Shown: positions 49,707 to 59,684, numbered from the stretch's first letter. The stretch is 59,684 bases of DNA from a bacterium (GCA_041946805.1 JBHGBC010000016.1:1-59684), one strand, 5' to 3'. The notes: generated from the letters alone by a model not told the origin. Program-made: numbers and translations.

Positions 49707-50582
49707 CTAGTCCTGGGCAGGGGCATTGATTCTTTTCATGATTTCCATGCACAAATCTCTATACAAATTACTGGCTTGAGTTTGATATTTGGCACGGAAA
49801 TGGGGAAATTCCCTTTGCGAATCCATGGCCTCGGCGATGGCGGCCATGTTGGGAATGCTGGTTTCGAAAGGCCGGGGCAAGGCGGCGTATTCAGCGACCC
49901 GGTTCTTAGCCATCTTTATAATGTCAGTATGGTTTCGAATTTGAACGCGGACCATTGACCATAATGTGCCCAGGCACTGAATGCGGGTATACCCCCGCAT
50001 GCGGATTCGTTCCAATAAATACAAAGAACCTCGGACGGAGAGGCGGTCGGGGATGGATGGCACAATGAAATACTCTGCGCTCGCCAAGAGAAATTGAATT
50101 TGGATCGCAAAACTGGGCGGGCAATCGATGAGCGTGTAATCATAGTGATTGTTACACCATCTGGTAAAACCACAGCGTAGACGATTCAACCGGATCATAA
50201 ATTCTCTATTGGATTGATGACCCCTCCTGGCCCGGGCCATGTTCGTGGAAAATTCGTCGATCCGGTGGGAACACGCGACGCAATCCAGGTATTCGCGAAT
50301 ATTCCGTACATTCGATACATTATGGGTGATGTAAGTGTCGACCGCTTCGGGGGTGAATTCATCGCTCAACATGAAGGCCAGTAAGTCATGCAGTGTCTTG
50401 CGGTGGGATTCCGCGTGCAAGAGCCTCTCCTGCCCCAGTAACAATTCCCCTGCCAACGACTGGTGATCGGCATCGATGACCAATACCTTTTTCCCCAGGG
50501 ACGCCAAATATTCGGCAATCGCGATGGTATTGGTCGTTTTGGCCACGCCGCCTTTTAGATTCAACATCATGATCATCGGCAT
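49707..50582 (-). CDS. ParA/Soj family ATPase (orphan)
   Basis: NLKGGVAKTT deviant Walker A; VLVIDADHQ; LIDCPP. Confidence 0.88.
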   Translation of the reverse strand: MPMIMMLNLKGGVAKTTNTIAIAEYLASLGKKVLVIDADHQSLAGELLLGQERLLHAESHRKTLHDLLAFMLSDEFTPEAVDTYITHNVSNVRNIREYLDCVACSHRIDEFSTNMARARRGHQSNREFMIRLNRLRCGFTRWCNNHYDYTLIDCPPSFAIQIQFLLASAEYFIVPSIPDRLSVRGSLYLLERIRMRGYTRIQCLGTLWSMVRVQIRNHTDIIKMAKNRVAEYAALPRPFETSIPNMAAIAEAMDSQREFPHFRAKYQTQASNLYRDLCMEIMKRINAPAQD

Positions 50583-50835
50583 GGTGAATTCCCCCCCCCG
50601 TTGTGAAGATGTTTATGAATAAGCATATATATGATAACGTAACGAGGTACCTGATTGTAAAGGAAGGAGGTATTCCACCCCTAAAGGAAGAAGCGGCAAC
50701 TCATTCAAAATTGATCATGTGAAATACCAAAATGGCCAGGGAAGCCGTTCCCATGTCCGGTTGAATGACAAAATCACTACTACTCACGCCTTGGGATTGG
50801 GAGTTAACCGAAGCAATAGGTTGAAAATAGTGTGG

Positions 50836-51096
50836 CTAGATGCGTATATCCAAAAGCGTCCCCAGGCCTTGGGGATTGAGGCGGGGCGCGGCCGAACGGG
50901 ATTCATCCTCCGATGGGTGTTTGACGGGCGGATGGCCGTACTGGGACAATTCGGCCATTTCGTGGAATTGCTCCTGCACGAAACTGGAGGTGCGTTCGTA
51001 GAACTGCGCCAGGTTTTGCTGCAGTTGATTGACCGGGACAGGCCGGAAGAGGCTGGTGGACCATGTCGTGGGTTTGGAGATGGAATCCAGGGCCAT
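50836..51096 (-). CDS. Small hypothetical protein (86 aa) ending GLGTLLDIRI
   Basis: ATG 51096 follows GAGG and lies downstream of a sigma54 promoter. The C-terminus resembles the G-x-G-x-x-(L/I)D end of small motility-associated (YjfB-like) proteins. Confidence 0.6.
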   Translation of the reverse strand: MALDSISKPTTWSTSLFRPVPVNQLQQNLAQFYERTSSFVQEQFHEMAELSQYGHPPVKHPSEDESRSAAPRLNPQGLGTLLDIRI

Positions 51097-51131
51097 TGGG
51101 CTTTCCTCAAGGTGAAATCGTAAACGGCATA

Positions 51132-51178
51132 AGCAATATTTGCGCCAGTACGCTATAGATATTAAAATCAACTGGTTA
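51132..51178 (-). promoter_or_regulatory. Sigma54 promoter with upstream IHF site
   Basis: Minus strand TGGCGC-AAATA-TTGCT (51132-51147) fits the -24/-12 consensus. AATCAACTGGTTA (51166-51178) is an exact WATCAANNNNTTR match. Confidence 0.7.
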
Positions 51179-51290
51179 TGACAATCATGGAGGGATGGTT
51201 TCTCCATGCCGGGGGAGTGGTGGGGAGGGAATGGCTATCATCCCCGGCAAAAAATGCCTCTTGGGTATAGACACGGGATACGAATATAGA

Positions 51291-51740
51291 TTACTGAATG
51301 GTGGAGAGGCAGCCTGCTTCGGCGGATTCGGGCGCGCGGGGGCAGAGGGGGAGAATTTCGCGGAGGATTTCACGGGGTTGGAAGAGTTCGGCCAGGCGGT
51401 CACCCAGATCCAACGCGCGCTCCCGGTTCGGCTGGCTGTAGTCGCACACGCTGATGTCAATCATCACCAGCCGCCCGCTCTCCGGCCAGGTATGGACGAC
51501 CAAGTGCGATTCGGCCAGGATCATCGCCGTGGTATAGCCGCCGTTCTCGAACGCGTAACTCGTGTCCGCCATGTCCAGCAGGCCGGCCGCGCGGACCGCG
51601 TTCCGGATGGCGTCCCGGGTCAAAGCCGGAAACAACAGCCATTGCGGGTCGCATTCGCAGTGACGGAGGAGCAATCGTACGAGCGTGCCTTGCGGTAAAG
51701 CGTTCGGATCGGTCATCGCGTGTAAATCTTTCCGTTTCAT
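51291..51740 (-). CDS. speD: S-adenosylmethionine decarboxylase proenzyme family protein
   Basis: GGYTTAMILAE|SHLVVHTWPE self-cleavage motif; IDISVC. The start could be 51716. Confidence 0.8.
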   Translation of the reverse strand: MKRKDLHAMTDPNALPQGTLVRLLLRHCECDPQWLLFPALTRDAIRNAVRAAGLLDMADTSYAFENGGYTTAMILAESHLVVHTWPESGRLVMIDISVCDYSQPNRERALDLGDRLAELFQPREILREILPLCPRAPESAEAGCLSTIQ

Positions 51741-52219
51741 ACTCAACGCGGGATGAAGGTAATAAGAGATTCAATGAACCAGAAACGTATTATACCACGC
51801 AAATCCAAACCGGAACGCCCCCGGCGTGATTTTCGGTTTCAGCGGCCAGTGCGTAGCGGCCGGGTGAAATGTTACTTGCCTGATTGCCAGTAAATCATGG
51901 ATTCCACCCTTACAGGGCTTCCCTCACCCTGGCCCTCTCCCAGAGGGAGAGGGGATTTGGGATTGAACTCTTAAGTCAGACATATGAAAGAACGATCGCG
52001 CTTTCTAGATAAAAGTACGCACTTACCGGATGAACCTGAAAAAGTTTCCTTCGGGAAGTGCACATATAATGGGAAAAAAAGAGATTCCATCCGATATATC
52101 AAGGGGGCGGACGCCTAGGTCCGCCCCTACATTCATTCCCTCGTCATGGCCTTTTCCCGGAGGGTGAGGGAATTTTGGTCTGATCATACAAACAACGAGT
52201 ACAAAATCCGCCTTCGAGA

Positions 52220-55200
52220 TCAATACAAGGCCTTGGCTTTTTGCGTGCTCAAGCGATAGTTGTCCGAGCCGGTGGCGTTCTGCCAACGTTCGCTTTGCCG
52301 CTCCTGCACCTGGCGCATCCGTATCATGTTGTTGCCGATATCTTCCAGACCAAAATCCAGCGCCGGCACGCCCTTGGCGGGTCCTTCGGGCTGTCCCGCT
52401 TGTTCGGTGGGTACAGGCGGTTGGCCGAGTTCCCGGGTGCCCTGATAGAAGCCGTACTGGCTGCCGTCCTGGACCAGCACGGTGGCCGTCCCCTGGATGC
52501 CCGTGGCGGTGAAGACGCCACGCAGGTCGGTTTCGCCCGAAACAAACTGGTCATTGCGGCTGCCCCGTACTTGGACCTTCACGTTCTTGGCGAATTTCAG
52601 CGGCATACCGGAACGGACATTGACGCGCGCGATGCCCTGGGGCGCGTCTTCCAGCACCTCCAATTCCAGGCCGGTGCGGATCACCATGCCGGAGGTCAGC
52701 AGCCCATTCCCGCTCAGGACCACCAGGTACGCGCCGGTCTCGTGGAGGGGAAGATCCAATTTCCGCTCGATCCATTCGAACTTTTTCGCCTTATCCAAGG
52801 GAATGGTCTGCGAAATCGTGGGCTGGATGCCCGACAGGTTGATTTGGGTCATGCGGTCGAGGTTGCGTTCGGTGAGATAGAAGGCCATCAGATCGACCTT
52901 GTAGACCCGCATGTCGATGGCGTCCAGGTTCTTGTGGCGCAGAGTGACGGTGGCCGGATCATCGCCGTGGACGAGCGTCACGCCGTCAATCTTCAGGCCC
53001 TTCTCGGTGAGATAGGCGATCGACTGCCCGGCGTCACCGAAGGCCTGCTTGACGCGTTCATACTCGGCCAGGGCGCGGTCCAGTTCGCCCGCGGCGTGGA
53101 GAATCTTGCCGGACATGAGGATGGCGGTGTTGGCCTCGTCGCTCGGTTTTTGGCCGCCGCCCTCCGCCGGATACTTTTGCGTGGCCACCTTTTGCGCGAG
53201 TTCCAGCGCCGAGGTATAGCGTTCGAGCTGGAAGAGCGCGTAGGCCGCCAGGTAGTCATAACTGTCGAGATACGTGCTTTGCGGATAGCGCTTGGCGAAC
53301 GACGCGGCCAGGCGGGCCACCGTTTCATAATTTTTCTGATCGAGCCACAGGTTAATCAGCGTGTATCCCGCCTCGTCGGCCACTGGATTCTTGGGATACA
53401 AGGCCAGGAACGATTGGATCATGCCCACCGCCTCGGCCAGCAGGGCTTTCTGGTCGTTGCCCGACTGGATGAAATCAGGCTGGCGCGCCCAGGAATCCAC
53501 GTTTTGATAGATCACGCCGCCCGTGGTGAAGACGGCGGTCTGCACGGAGGGGATGTCGGGATATTCGAGTATTAGCTGCTTGATGTAATCCAGCGCCTCG
53601 CGGTATTGCCCCACTTCCTGCAAGGTCCCGGTCACCGCCCCTTCCTGGGTGAAGAGTCCGTCCAGCAGGGAGCGGTACACATACACGGCGCGTTCCGGCT
53701 CGCCGATGGCGCGGTAGGCTTGGGCCAGCTTGGCGATGTGCTCGAACTGGATCTCGAACTCCTGGTCCCGTTCCTTGATGATTTCAAAGTACCGCACCAG
53801 TTCCCGCGCGTCATTGCCCTGGAGATGGATCTGGAACAGCCGGCGCGCGGTTTCCAGGTACGGCTCGGGACGCAGGACGACGGTGTTGAACAGCTGAGTC
53901 AGAAAGCGTTTGGCCTCCTCGTAATGTTTGTCATCGAAATTCCGCAGGCCCAGGGTGTAGAGTTCATCCGGCGTGGGATGGTATTCCTCCTTGGGTTGCT
54001 TCCCCTCGGGCAGCACTACGATGGTGTTGGAAGCAGTGGCATAAATCGATCCGGGATCCTCCATCACCGTGACGGTGGCCGGAGGAACGCGGTAGGTTCC
54101 CGAATACCGGCCGCGTAGTTGGTATTGGATCGAGAAGTACCGCCGCGGGCCGCGCAGGTAGAAGGTCAACGTGTTGCCTTTCAGGGTGTATTGATCCACC
54201 GAACCTTGCAGGGATTCCTTGATGAAGAGAAATCCCGCCGGGATATGATCCTCCACGACCACGTAGTCCACATCGTTCCGCGCTTCGATCCGCAGTTGCA
54301 CGTTGACGCGTTCGCCGGGCTGGATCTCTTCCAGCTTATTGGACACGGTGGAGTACGAGCCTTCCACCACGCCGTAGCCGCGCGGCATGTCTTCCTGCTT
54401 GTACATCAGGGGACCGTGAGTGTATTCGCGCTCCATCACCGTGATCCGGCGGTCCTGGGGCGTCATCCAGTCCTGCGGGCGGACCTCCTGCTTCGTCCAG
54501 CCTTCCAGCACCACGCCGTAACGGAACCGGCCTTGGCCGTTGAAGGCGAACTCCACGCGGTTATCGGCAGGTTTGATCCACTCCGGATCAATATCCACCC
54601 GTTCATAGGGAAGCACCGAGCGGGTGGTGCGGCGTTGGAGCACATCATGACCATTGACTTTGACGGCCAGCGTGTAGGAACTGGTCTCTTCCGCGGCGGA
54701 CATCAGGTAGGCGGCCAGCGCCTGGAGACGCAATCCGCCGTAGGCTTCCACGCAGAGCGGCCAGGGCGACTCGACGGCCAACTTCTCCAGAAATTTCGCC
54801 GTTTGCTGCGGCGTGCGCGAGGCGGGAGGCAGCTGGAAATACAGACGGGCGGCCAGGGCCAAGGTTTCATTGGATCCCGATCCTCCCACGTTGATGACCG
54901 GTGTATTGGGGGATGAAGGCGCGACGGATTCCGCTCCGGAAAGGCCGGGCGAAGCGAGGAGATGATCGAGCACCTCGCGGGCCTTCTCGGGGCGTCCCAT
55001 GTTGAACCAGGTTAGGCCAAGCAGCGCGGCGTCGAAATCGTTCATGCGGGCCAGGTTGCGGTGAATGCGGTTGACAAAGGTGAAGTCCGGCGGCTGGATC
55101 ACCGACCAGGCGTAGAGGATGCGGGTTTTCTCGTCATCGTTGGCGGTCTGCTGGTAGAGATTCATCAGCTGGTTGATCGCCCGTTCGAGGTTGCCGCCGG

Positions 55201-58200
55201 GAACCGTGAAGCCCCGGTCCTTGGCCTGGCGCAGCAGCTCAGCGGCGCGGCTGGTGGTGAGAATATCCGGCGCGCCGGACGGTCCGCCGCCCCAGGACCA
55301 CAGCCCCTGATCGGTTTGCGTGGCCAGGGCGTGCTGGACCGCCGCCTCGATGCGCTGGCGCAGCAACGGGACGGGGACCTGGCCGGTTTTCTTCAGGGAT
55401 TCGACGCATTCCCACGCGGCCAGCGCTCCCAATCCCTGTTCGATCCGCCCCCGGTTGGAGCGGGGCCCGATGATGGATGACCAGGCCGCTTGCAACAGGG
55501 AAACGTCTCCGGTTCCGCCGAGTGTGATCCACATCGTCATACGCGAATAATCGGCTTGCGAAGGCAGCGATATCGTTTGGACCATGCTCTGCCCGGTGAT
55601 GCCCGAAGCGCCCGCCCGCACCGGGATGCCCCAGGGATAAACGGGGATCGGCTTGACCACCTTGTCATGCAGGTCTTGGGCGAGGCTGGTCAGCGTCAGG
55701 GAGGTATCGCCGATGGTATCGGCCGCCAGCGCCACCACCTGCTTGCGCAGCGCGCCCGCATCGAGTTCCGATTCCCATTTCACGGTCTCGGGACGTTCGC
55801 CGATGGTCTGGGTGAACACATTTTGCGCCGGGAGTTTGCCGGGCGTGTTGTTGCGGACAATGGCCAACGCGGAAGAGCGGTCGCCCTCGGTCAGGAACGC
55901 GGGCGTTTCGAGCTCCAAGCGGAAGGGTTTATCGACGACGATCTTCTCACGGGCCTGGTTGACCAGGGTGTCCTTGGTGATGGCGCGGGCCGCCGCTTCC
56001 CAGGTGGTGAGCGAATCGGGCAGTGGAACGGAGACCGTGGCCTGGCCGTTGGCATCGGTGATCACGGACGCGTTGAAATAGGCGGTGAGGGGGAAATCGG
56101 CGCGCGCCTGGATGGCCGCGGCGGGGTCAAGCGTTCCATAACCTCCATAACCGAAGTAATACGCACCGGCGCCGCCCATGCCGCCCATGCCGCCCATGCC
56201 CATGCCCATGCCCATGCCACCCGCGAAGCCGTGCGTCTGGCCGGTACCGTAGAACATTTTCCCCATGACGGGCACTCCGGCCGACAGGGCCACGGGTTCT
56301 CCCGCGATCACCTGTCCTGCCTGTTTGTTTTCCGATAGGGAAATGTCATCGAATCGAACGGCGCCGTTCGCGTCCATCGGCCGATCCTGCAGCATGAGCG
56401 CCCCTTGTACTGCCGGCGCCAATACCGGAGCCTCGGCCGCGGGAGGCTGCGCTTCCGTAACCGCGCCCCGGGCCAGAACCCGCCGCCGCGACTGTTCTTC
56501 CTGGTATTTCATCGCATCGATGGATTCCATTTGCTCCCGCACGGCGCGGCCGGCGCGCAATCCGGCGCGGGCTTCCTCTTCGCCCAACAATTCGATTTCC
56601 GCTCCCGCGCGCTCGGCGAGAATTTCCTCGCTGATGGGCCGCGTGATTCCGTCATACCGGAATCCGGCCGAGGAAGCGGCGGCCAGGAAGTTACCGCCCC
56701 CGGCCTGCTCGAAATAGGCGGCCAGGTTGTCGAGGCGGTCGGGGAACAAGGCCAGGAAGGCGGAATCGACGAGGCCGAGTGAAAATTCCGCCACCACCGG
56801 TTTTCCTGTATGGTCATGGGCCGCGACCGTCAGTTCGGCCTTGCCGCGCGGGGTGAAGGTTTTGGCGTTGGGGGTGATGGTTACATCCAATCCCCGGCGC
56901 ACCTGGAAACGCACATCCCGGAGGTAATCCTGGTTTCCGTGCATCACGGCCAGGGAGACGGTGGCGGTGGGGCTGTAGCGGCCGTCCAGTTTCCAGGTGA
57001 TCTCGTTCTTGCCGGGCTTGATACGTTCCACGCGGTACTCGACGATCCCCTCCCGCTCGCCCGTGAAGACGCACAGGTTTTCCGGCAGGCGGGAAACGAC
57101 GGTGAAGGACGCGGTATCCCCCTGCTGGTAGCTGGACCGGTCGTTGAGGACAAGCAGTTTGTTGGCGTCGTCCTCGCCGGAGATTTGCACATTCCGTTGA
57201 GACGTGACGGCGGTCCCCCGGCGGTCGCTCCCTTCGGCCAGGATTTGGTAGCGCCCGCCTTTCTTGGCGGTGAACGAAACCGAGGCGGCGCGGTTTTCAT
57301 CGGCCGGGGTGGTGACCGTCTGTCGCTCGACGGTTTCGTAGGCCCCTTCCTCGTTGCGGCGCTGCAGGCTGATTTGCAACGGCACGGCGAGGGCTTCGCG
57401 TTTTTCATCCCGGCCCCGCGCGCCGACGTTCACCTGGAACGGTTCGTTCACCAGGTAAACGTCCCGGGTGGTATCGAGGGTGATGGTGAATCCGGTATTC
57501 ACCAGCGCCAGGTTCTTCTGTTGCTGGATTTGCCGGGAGGGCAGGACGGCCACTACGGCGAACACGCATTCCTCGGGCATGTCCCAGGTTTCGAACTCGA
57601 TGGAGGCTTCACCTTTACTGTCGGTCACCGCCTCCTGCGCCTCCACGGGAAAACCGCCGGCCAGGGTGTAGGTGATCCGTTCTCCGGCGAGGGGATTGCC
57701 GGAGAAATCGCTCACGCGGATCGTGCCGGTGATCTTGTCGCCGTAGAAATACGTAGTCTGGCCGGTTTCGATTTCCACCCGCGCGGTGGGCAGGGTGAAT
57801 TCCTGCACCTCGAATGTCCACGCGCCCGAAGGCCCATCCTCCCGGGAAACGGCGATCCGGTACGTGCCGAACGGGGCGGACGCGCCCAAGGCCAGTTCGC
57901 CGTTCAGCGTGCCGAACTCGGAGAGTTTGGATTGTTTCGTCAGAATGGGCGTCCCACGGGAATCGAAAATCGTTACGTCGAAATCATAATCCTGGGGGAT
58001 GATGTAACGGCCGTCCTGGATTTCGCGGATCAAGGCCCGGTACTGCACGGTCTCGCCCGGCTGATAGGCGGCGCGGTCCGTATAGACGAGATAGCGGGGT
58101 TGCAGGGAGGCCGCCACGCTGAGATGCTGGATGGGCAGGGTTTCTCCCGCGCAGTGGCCGCGGTACGCGGCGAACACCGACAATTGCTCTTTCTCCAGGG

Positions 58201-59684
58201 CATTCAACCCGGTTTTTTGAAAGACTCCGTCACCGTTGGTTTTGCCCTGGGCGAGGATGGTTTGGCCGTCGCTGACCCAAACGTCCGCGCCCTCCACGGC
58301 TTTCTCGTTCTTCTGGTCTTCCGCGTACACGAAGACTTCGTTCTTGCCCCCCTTGATGACGGCGGCGAGATCGGAGACCACGACCAACGTGACCACCTGC
58401 AGGGTTTTCGATTCCACCTGGACGACCCACGAACCGGGGCCCTTCACGGGGATCGCGAGATCTTGCTCAATCAGTTTGTAAGGCTTGTACGCCTCGGGCG
58501 TGACTTCCCACACTTTTTCAGGCGCGATCAGGTTGACATCCAGGTCTTCGATCGAGCGGATGGTATGCCGCGATTGGAAATACGCGGGCAGGTCGAGCGG
58601 ATAGAGCTTGCAGGTCACGCTTTCGATGTTGCGTGAAGTGAAGCGCAAAGTAGGATTTTCATTTGTCAGAAACGTCCGTTCGGTGCGCAACGCCAGAAAG
58701 ATTTCCTGCAGCTGGCGAATCCGGTCCTGCGCGGAACCCTGGAACGGGCCGAAAGTAACTTCCTTGTATAAATCCAGGGCCTTCTCGTAATCCTTGAGGT
58801 CCATTTCGGTCACTTCGGCGATCAAGTAAAGCGCCTCGGAAGCCGTGTCGCTGTTGGGAAAACGGGTGGCGATATCTTTCCAGACCGCCATGGCCTCCTC
58901 GAAACGGCGCAGACGGCGTTCGTTCTTGCCCAGAAGCAATTGAATGCCGGGAATGCGGGAATCGAGGGGATATTGGGACTGGAAGGTCTCCCATCCCTCG
59001 CGGGCGGAGGCGAACTTGGCCAGGATTTCGCCGGGAATCGCTTCCTGGATTGGATCTTTCTTGTCCGCCCGTACATCCCGCGTCCAGCGGTTGAGGGCCT
59101 TCTCGGCCTCGCGTTGTTCGTTTTCCACCTTGCGGTAGCGGGTAAAGACGATCATCTGCTGGGCTTCGCGCCAGTTTTCATCGACGGGATGGTTCTTGAG
59201 AAAGGCTTCGAACGCGGCGGCGGCTTCGTCGAATTTTTGCAGTTCGAGCTGGCAGCGGGCGATATGGAATTCGGCGGCCGCCTTTTGTTGCGGAGTAGCC
59301 TTGGCGGCATGACGGTCCAACAGCGCCTGAAACGCCTGGCGGGCGTTTTCGTATTGCTGGCGATGGAAATAGGCCTTGGCTTTATCCAGCGCGGCCTGGG
59401 GCGCTTTTTCATGATTGGGGAACAACGCGATATAATCGTCGAGGCTCCGGACGCCCAACGCCAGTTCCTTGTCGTCGCCGGGTTCGGGAATCCGGTAGGT
59501 TTTGGCGATGCGATAGGCGGCTTCGGCCACGATGGCGGGACGCTTGGAAGTTTCGCGGCGGGTGTCGCGCAGCTTCTTCCAAATGCGCCGGGCTTCGAGA
59601 GAATTGTCGAGACGGAAAAAGGCCTCGCCCCGGTTCAACAGCGCGTCATCGAGATAACCGCCCTCGGGATAGGGATTGGGGATC
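52220..59684 (-). CDS. Alpha-2-macroglobulin family (MG2/A2M) protein with N- and C-terminal TPR arrays (5'-truncated by the window)
   Basis: The frame stays open to the window end. YTDRAAYQPGETVQYR (MG2); LPDSLTTW; VVVEDHIPAG; GTYRVPPA; many TPR-like helices (A..AF..FL..HP). Confidence 0.9.
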   Translation of the reverse strand, partial: IPNPYPEGGYLDDALLNRGEAFFRLDNSLEARRIWKKLRDTRRETSKRPAIVAEAAYRIAKTYRIPEPGDDKELALGVRSLDDYIALFPNHEKAPQAALDKAKAYFHRQQYENARQAFQALLDRHAAKATPQQKAAAEFHIARCQLELQKFDEAAAAFEAFLKNHPVDENWREAQQMIVFTRYRKVENEQREAEKALNRWTRDVRADKKDPIQEAIPGEILAKFASAREGWETFQSQYPLDSRIPGIQLLLGKNERRLRRFEEAMAVWKDIATRFPNSDTASEALYLIAEVTEMDLKDYEKALDLYKEVTFGPFQGSAQDRIRQLQEIFLALRTERTFLTNENPTLRFTSRNIESVTCKLYPLDLPAYFQSRHTIRSIEDLDVNLIAPEKVWEVTPEAYKPYKLIEQDLAIPVKGPGSWVVQVESKTLQVVTLVVVSDLAAVIKGGKNEVFVYAEDQKNEKAVEGADVWVSDGQTILAQGKTNGDGVFQKTGLNALEKEQLSVFAAYRGHCAGETLPIQHLSVAASLQPRYLVYTDRAAYQPGETVQYRALIREIQDGRYIIPQDYDFDVTIFDSRGTPILTKQSKLSEFGTLNGELALGASAPFGTYRIAVSREDGPSGAWTFEVQEFTLPTARVEIETGQTTYFYGDKITGTIRVSDFSGNPLAGERITYTLAGGFPVEAQEAVTDSKGEASIEFETWDMPEECVFAVVAVLPSRQIQQQKNLALVNTGFTITLDTTRDVYLVNEPFQVNVGARGRDEKREALAVPLQISLQRRNEEGAYETVERQTVTTPADENRAASVSFTAKKGGRYQILAEGSDRRGTAVTSQRNVQISGEDDANKLLVLNDRSSYQQGDTASFTVVSRLPENLCVFTGEREGIVEYRVERIKPGKNEITWKLDGRYSPTATVSLAVMHGNQDYLRDVRFQVRRGLDVTITPNAKTFTPRGKAELTVAAHDHTGKPVVAEFSLGLVDSAFLALFPDRLDNLAAYFEQAGGGNFLAAASSAGFRYDGITRPISEEILAERAGAEIELLGEEEARAGLRAGRAVREQMESIDAMKYQEEQSRRRVLARGAVTEAQPPAAEAPVLAPAVQGALMLQDRPMDANGAVRFDDISLSENKQAGQVIAGEPVALSAGVPVMGKMFYGTGQTHGFAGGMGMGMGMGGMGGMGGAGAYYFGYGGYGTLDPAAAIQARADFPLTAYFNASVITDANGQATVSVPLPDSLTTWEAAARAITKDTLVNQAREKIVVDKPFRLELETPAFLTEGDRSSALAIVRNNTPGKLPAQNVFTQTIGERPETVKWESELDAGALRKQVVALAADTIGDTSLTLTSLAQDLHDKVVKPIPVYPWGIPVRAGASGITGQSMVQTISLPSQADYSRMTMWITLGGTGDVSLLQAAWSSIIGPRSNRGRIEQGLGALAAWECVESLKKTGQVPVPLLRQRIEAAVQHALATQTDQGLWSWGGGPSGAPDILTTSRAAELLRQAKDRGFTVPGGNLERAINQLMNLYQQTANDDEKTRILYAWSVIQPPDFTFVNRIHRNLARMNDFDAALLGLTWFNMGRPEKAREVLDHLLASPGLSGAESVAPSSPNTPVINVGGSGSNETLALAARLYFQLPPASRTPQQTAKFLEKLAVESPWPLCVEAYGGLRLQALAAYLMSAAEETSSYTLAVKVNGHDVLQRRTTRSVLPYERVDIDPEWIKPADNRVEFAFNGQGRFRYGVVLEGWTKQEVRPQDWMTPQDRRITVMEREYTHGPLMYKQEDMPRGYGVVEGSYSTVSNKLEEIQPGERVNVQLRIEARNDVDYVVVEDHIPAGFLFIKESLQGSVDQYTLKGNTLTFYLRGPRRYFSIQYQLRGRYSGTYRVPPATVTVMEDPGSIYATASNTIVVLPEGKQPKEEYHPTPDELYTLGLRNFDDKHYEEAKRFLTQLFNTVVLRPEPYLETARRLFQIHLQGNDARELVRYFEIIKERDQEFEIQFEHIAKLAQAYRAIGEPERAVYVYRSLLDGLFTQEGAVTGTLQEVGQYREALDYIKQLILEYPDIPSVQTAVFTTGGVIYQNVDSWARQPDFIQSGNDQKALLAEAVGMIQSFLALYPKNPVADEAGYTLINLWLDQKNYETVARLAASFAKRYPQSTYLDSYDYLAAYALFQLERYTSALELAQKVATQKYPAEGGGQKPSDEANTAILMSGKILHAAGELDRALAEYERVKQAFGDAGQSIAYLTEKGLKIDGVTLVHGDDPATVTLRHKNLDAIDMRVYKVDLMAFYLTERNLDRMTQINLSGIQPTISQTIPLDKAKKFEWIERKLDLPLHETGAYLVVLSGNGLLTSGMVIRTGLELEVLEDAPQGIARVNVRSGMPLKFAKNVKVQVRGSRNDQFVSGETDLRGVFTATGIQGTATVLVQDGSQYGFYQGTRELGQPPVPTEQAGQPEGPAKGVPALDFGLEDIGNNMIRMRQVQERQSERWQNATGSDNYRLSTQKAKALY
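56171..56215. repeat. Codon-phase simple tandem repeat (GCCGCCCAT)x3 + (GCCCAT)x3
   Basis: Encodes MGMGMG-MGGMGGMGG in the A2M bait-like region. Confidence 0.9.

Noticed and set aside
52220..52260. A2M C-terminus (KAKALY) and giant protein C-terminus (GVNSTPTE) as members of the C-terminal motif
   Set aside because: Neither has the V/I at -7 plus aromatic at -4 pattern.
1..59684. tRNA, rRNA, riboswitch, integrase or prophage genes
   Set aside because: None were recognisable by eye. A covariance-model search (Infernal/Rfam, tRNAscan-SE) would be needed to exclude small RNAs.

Overview
This is a GC-rich bacterial chromosomal window. The dispersed 'GFTLIELLIVVAIIGILAAIAVPNF' pilin-like genes and Tat-exported Gfo/Idh/MocA enzymes suggest a Sumerlaeota/Hinthialibacter(OLB16)-like or related candidate lineage (inference only). 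Two very large genes run off the window edges: an Ig-like/cadherin-like/FG-GAP surface protein on the left and a TPR-rich alpha-2-macroglobulin-family protein on the right. Between them are a sulfatase-like lipoprotein, an IS630 relic, three intact pilin-like genes plus one pilin 3' fragment, and a Tat-exported PaoABC-like molybdoenzyme. The region also holds PHP and calcineurin-like phosphoesterases, an orphan BMC shell protein, cobA, sat, hicBA, a class II aldolase, a CbbY-like HAD, a mosaic WD40 protein, hoxEFUYH, and NeuB-like, LOG, orphan ParA and SAM decarboxylase genes. At least four REP-like intergenic repeat families occur. The best candidate for an undescribed system is an AT-richer three-gene operon immediately after hoxH. 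It encodes a Druantia DruA/DUF4338-like protein, a NurA-like nuclease and a HerA-like ATPase, with no other Druantia genes. Second is a shared short C-terminal motif, approximately [VI]-x-x-[WF]-x-L-[YHL]-COOH, on unrelated exported proteins, which may be a lineage-specific sorting signal. All family assignments come from motif recognition by eye; no searches were run.
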